From: Octopus sinensis | Lineage: Eukaryota | Direction of reading: 5' to 3' | Length of the DNA stretch: 64,000 nucleotides | Assembly: GCF_006345805.1 (NCBI RefSeq) | Contig: NC_042998.1 | Span: 51,274,001 to 51,338,000, forward strand | Shown here: positions 63,191-64,000 of the stretch, in pieces | Position numbering within the stretch: the first letter of the stretch is position 1 | Layout of the letters: every line of letters begins with the position of its first letter | Notes under the pieces: generated by a model | What the model saw: only the letters and a program-made list of their open reading frames with translations | Told to the model about the DNA's origin: nothing | The model's database searches: none | Program-made: the position numbers and the translations under genes

Positions 63191-64000
63191 CATGTATGTA
63201 TATATGTATGTATGTCTTTTTGATAAACAATAACAATATCAATTCAGTTTCCAGCATTTTCAGTTGTTCTCTGAAACATGGAAGGAAGGTATATCCTTCT
63301 AAGAAAACATGTTGGTACATTTATCATAGTAATTTCTCTTGCTTCATAACACATTTCTACCTGATAATGCACTTCCTTTAAGCCTTTGAATCTAATCTTG
63401 CAAAATAATTTATGCCAGAAAGGAAACAAAGTAATCGATTCAGCATTTGGAGTTGGATAAGAGAGACCTTCTTCTGCCTTTTGCACAACCACTGCAGATG
63501 AGATCCAATCACTTTCTCTGAGAGAACTTTTTAAAAGATCTTCATAAATTGGGTTTCCTCAGCTTTGTCACTAATATATATTTTTTAACAAGCTCACTGA
63601 CTAATCACAACACCAGTGCCTGTTCTGGCATTATTTTTCTATATGTTGCTGGTGAGGAGCTGAGTCACTGCTATTTCCAGTAGTCAAGTATCCATCATTG
63701 ACATGAGCAAGGAACAACAAATCTGGTGGTCTTGGTGGTGGAAATGGTGGGGATATATATTCCTGCTAGAGATATAAACAAGATTGCATTTTGCATCAAA
63801 AGCCAATATCAAGAGTTTCTCTCATGATAACTACAGCAGTATAGTTTGTTCCAACAGAACATTCATGTTTAAATGGGGATACATATTATCTCTTGGTATA
63901 AATACTGCTTCTGTTGCTCATAGATATATTTTAACAAACTCACTGGCTAATTGCAACACAAGCGCCTGTTCTGACACTGTTTTTCTATAAATTACTGGTA

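Overview
This is AT-rich eukaryotic DNA, dense in microsatellites and transposon remnants. The repeat landscape suggests an octopus genome, which is an inference and was not searched. It contains several tRNA-headed SINE families, many 5'-truncated RTE LINE 3' ends with (GAT)n tails, CR1/L2-like and R4/Dong-like LINE pieces, and Tc1/mariner, piggyBac-, hAT- and Helitron-like DNA elements, plus Gypsy and Penelope remnants. I could not recognise any host protein-coding gene, so the window looks intergenic or deep-intronic. Most ORFs in the supplied track are microsatellite or SINE artefacts. The only long real ORF is a CR1/L2-like LINE RT (15138-17240, minus strand) whose catalytic YADD reads YADN. 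The most interesting signal is RNA-level. A ~530-bp unit at 24751-25517, repeated 1.4 times between (TA)n tracts, carries two type I hammerhead ribozyme motifs on the minus strand. Each has CUGACGA / GCUA..UAGC / GAAA / palindromic ACAAUUGU / GUC, and the predicted cleavage sites are 532 nt apart. A GTAAGT...CAG intron candidate overlaps each ribozyme and would splice out its cleavage site. Two more minimal hammerhead-like cores occur at 21811-21853 and in the tail of a tRNA-headed SINE (6874-7156), and a decayed Penelope RT/GIY-YIG remnant lies at 33790-34500. Together these suggest a family of Penelope-dependent or retrozyme-like ribozyme retroelements. All structures were read by eye and need computational and experimental confirmation.
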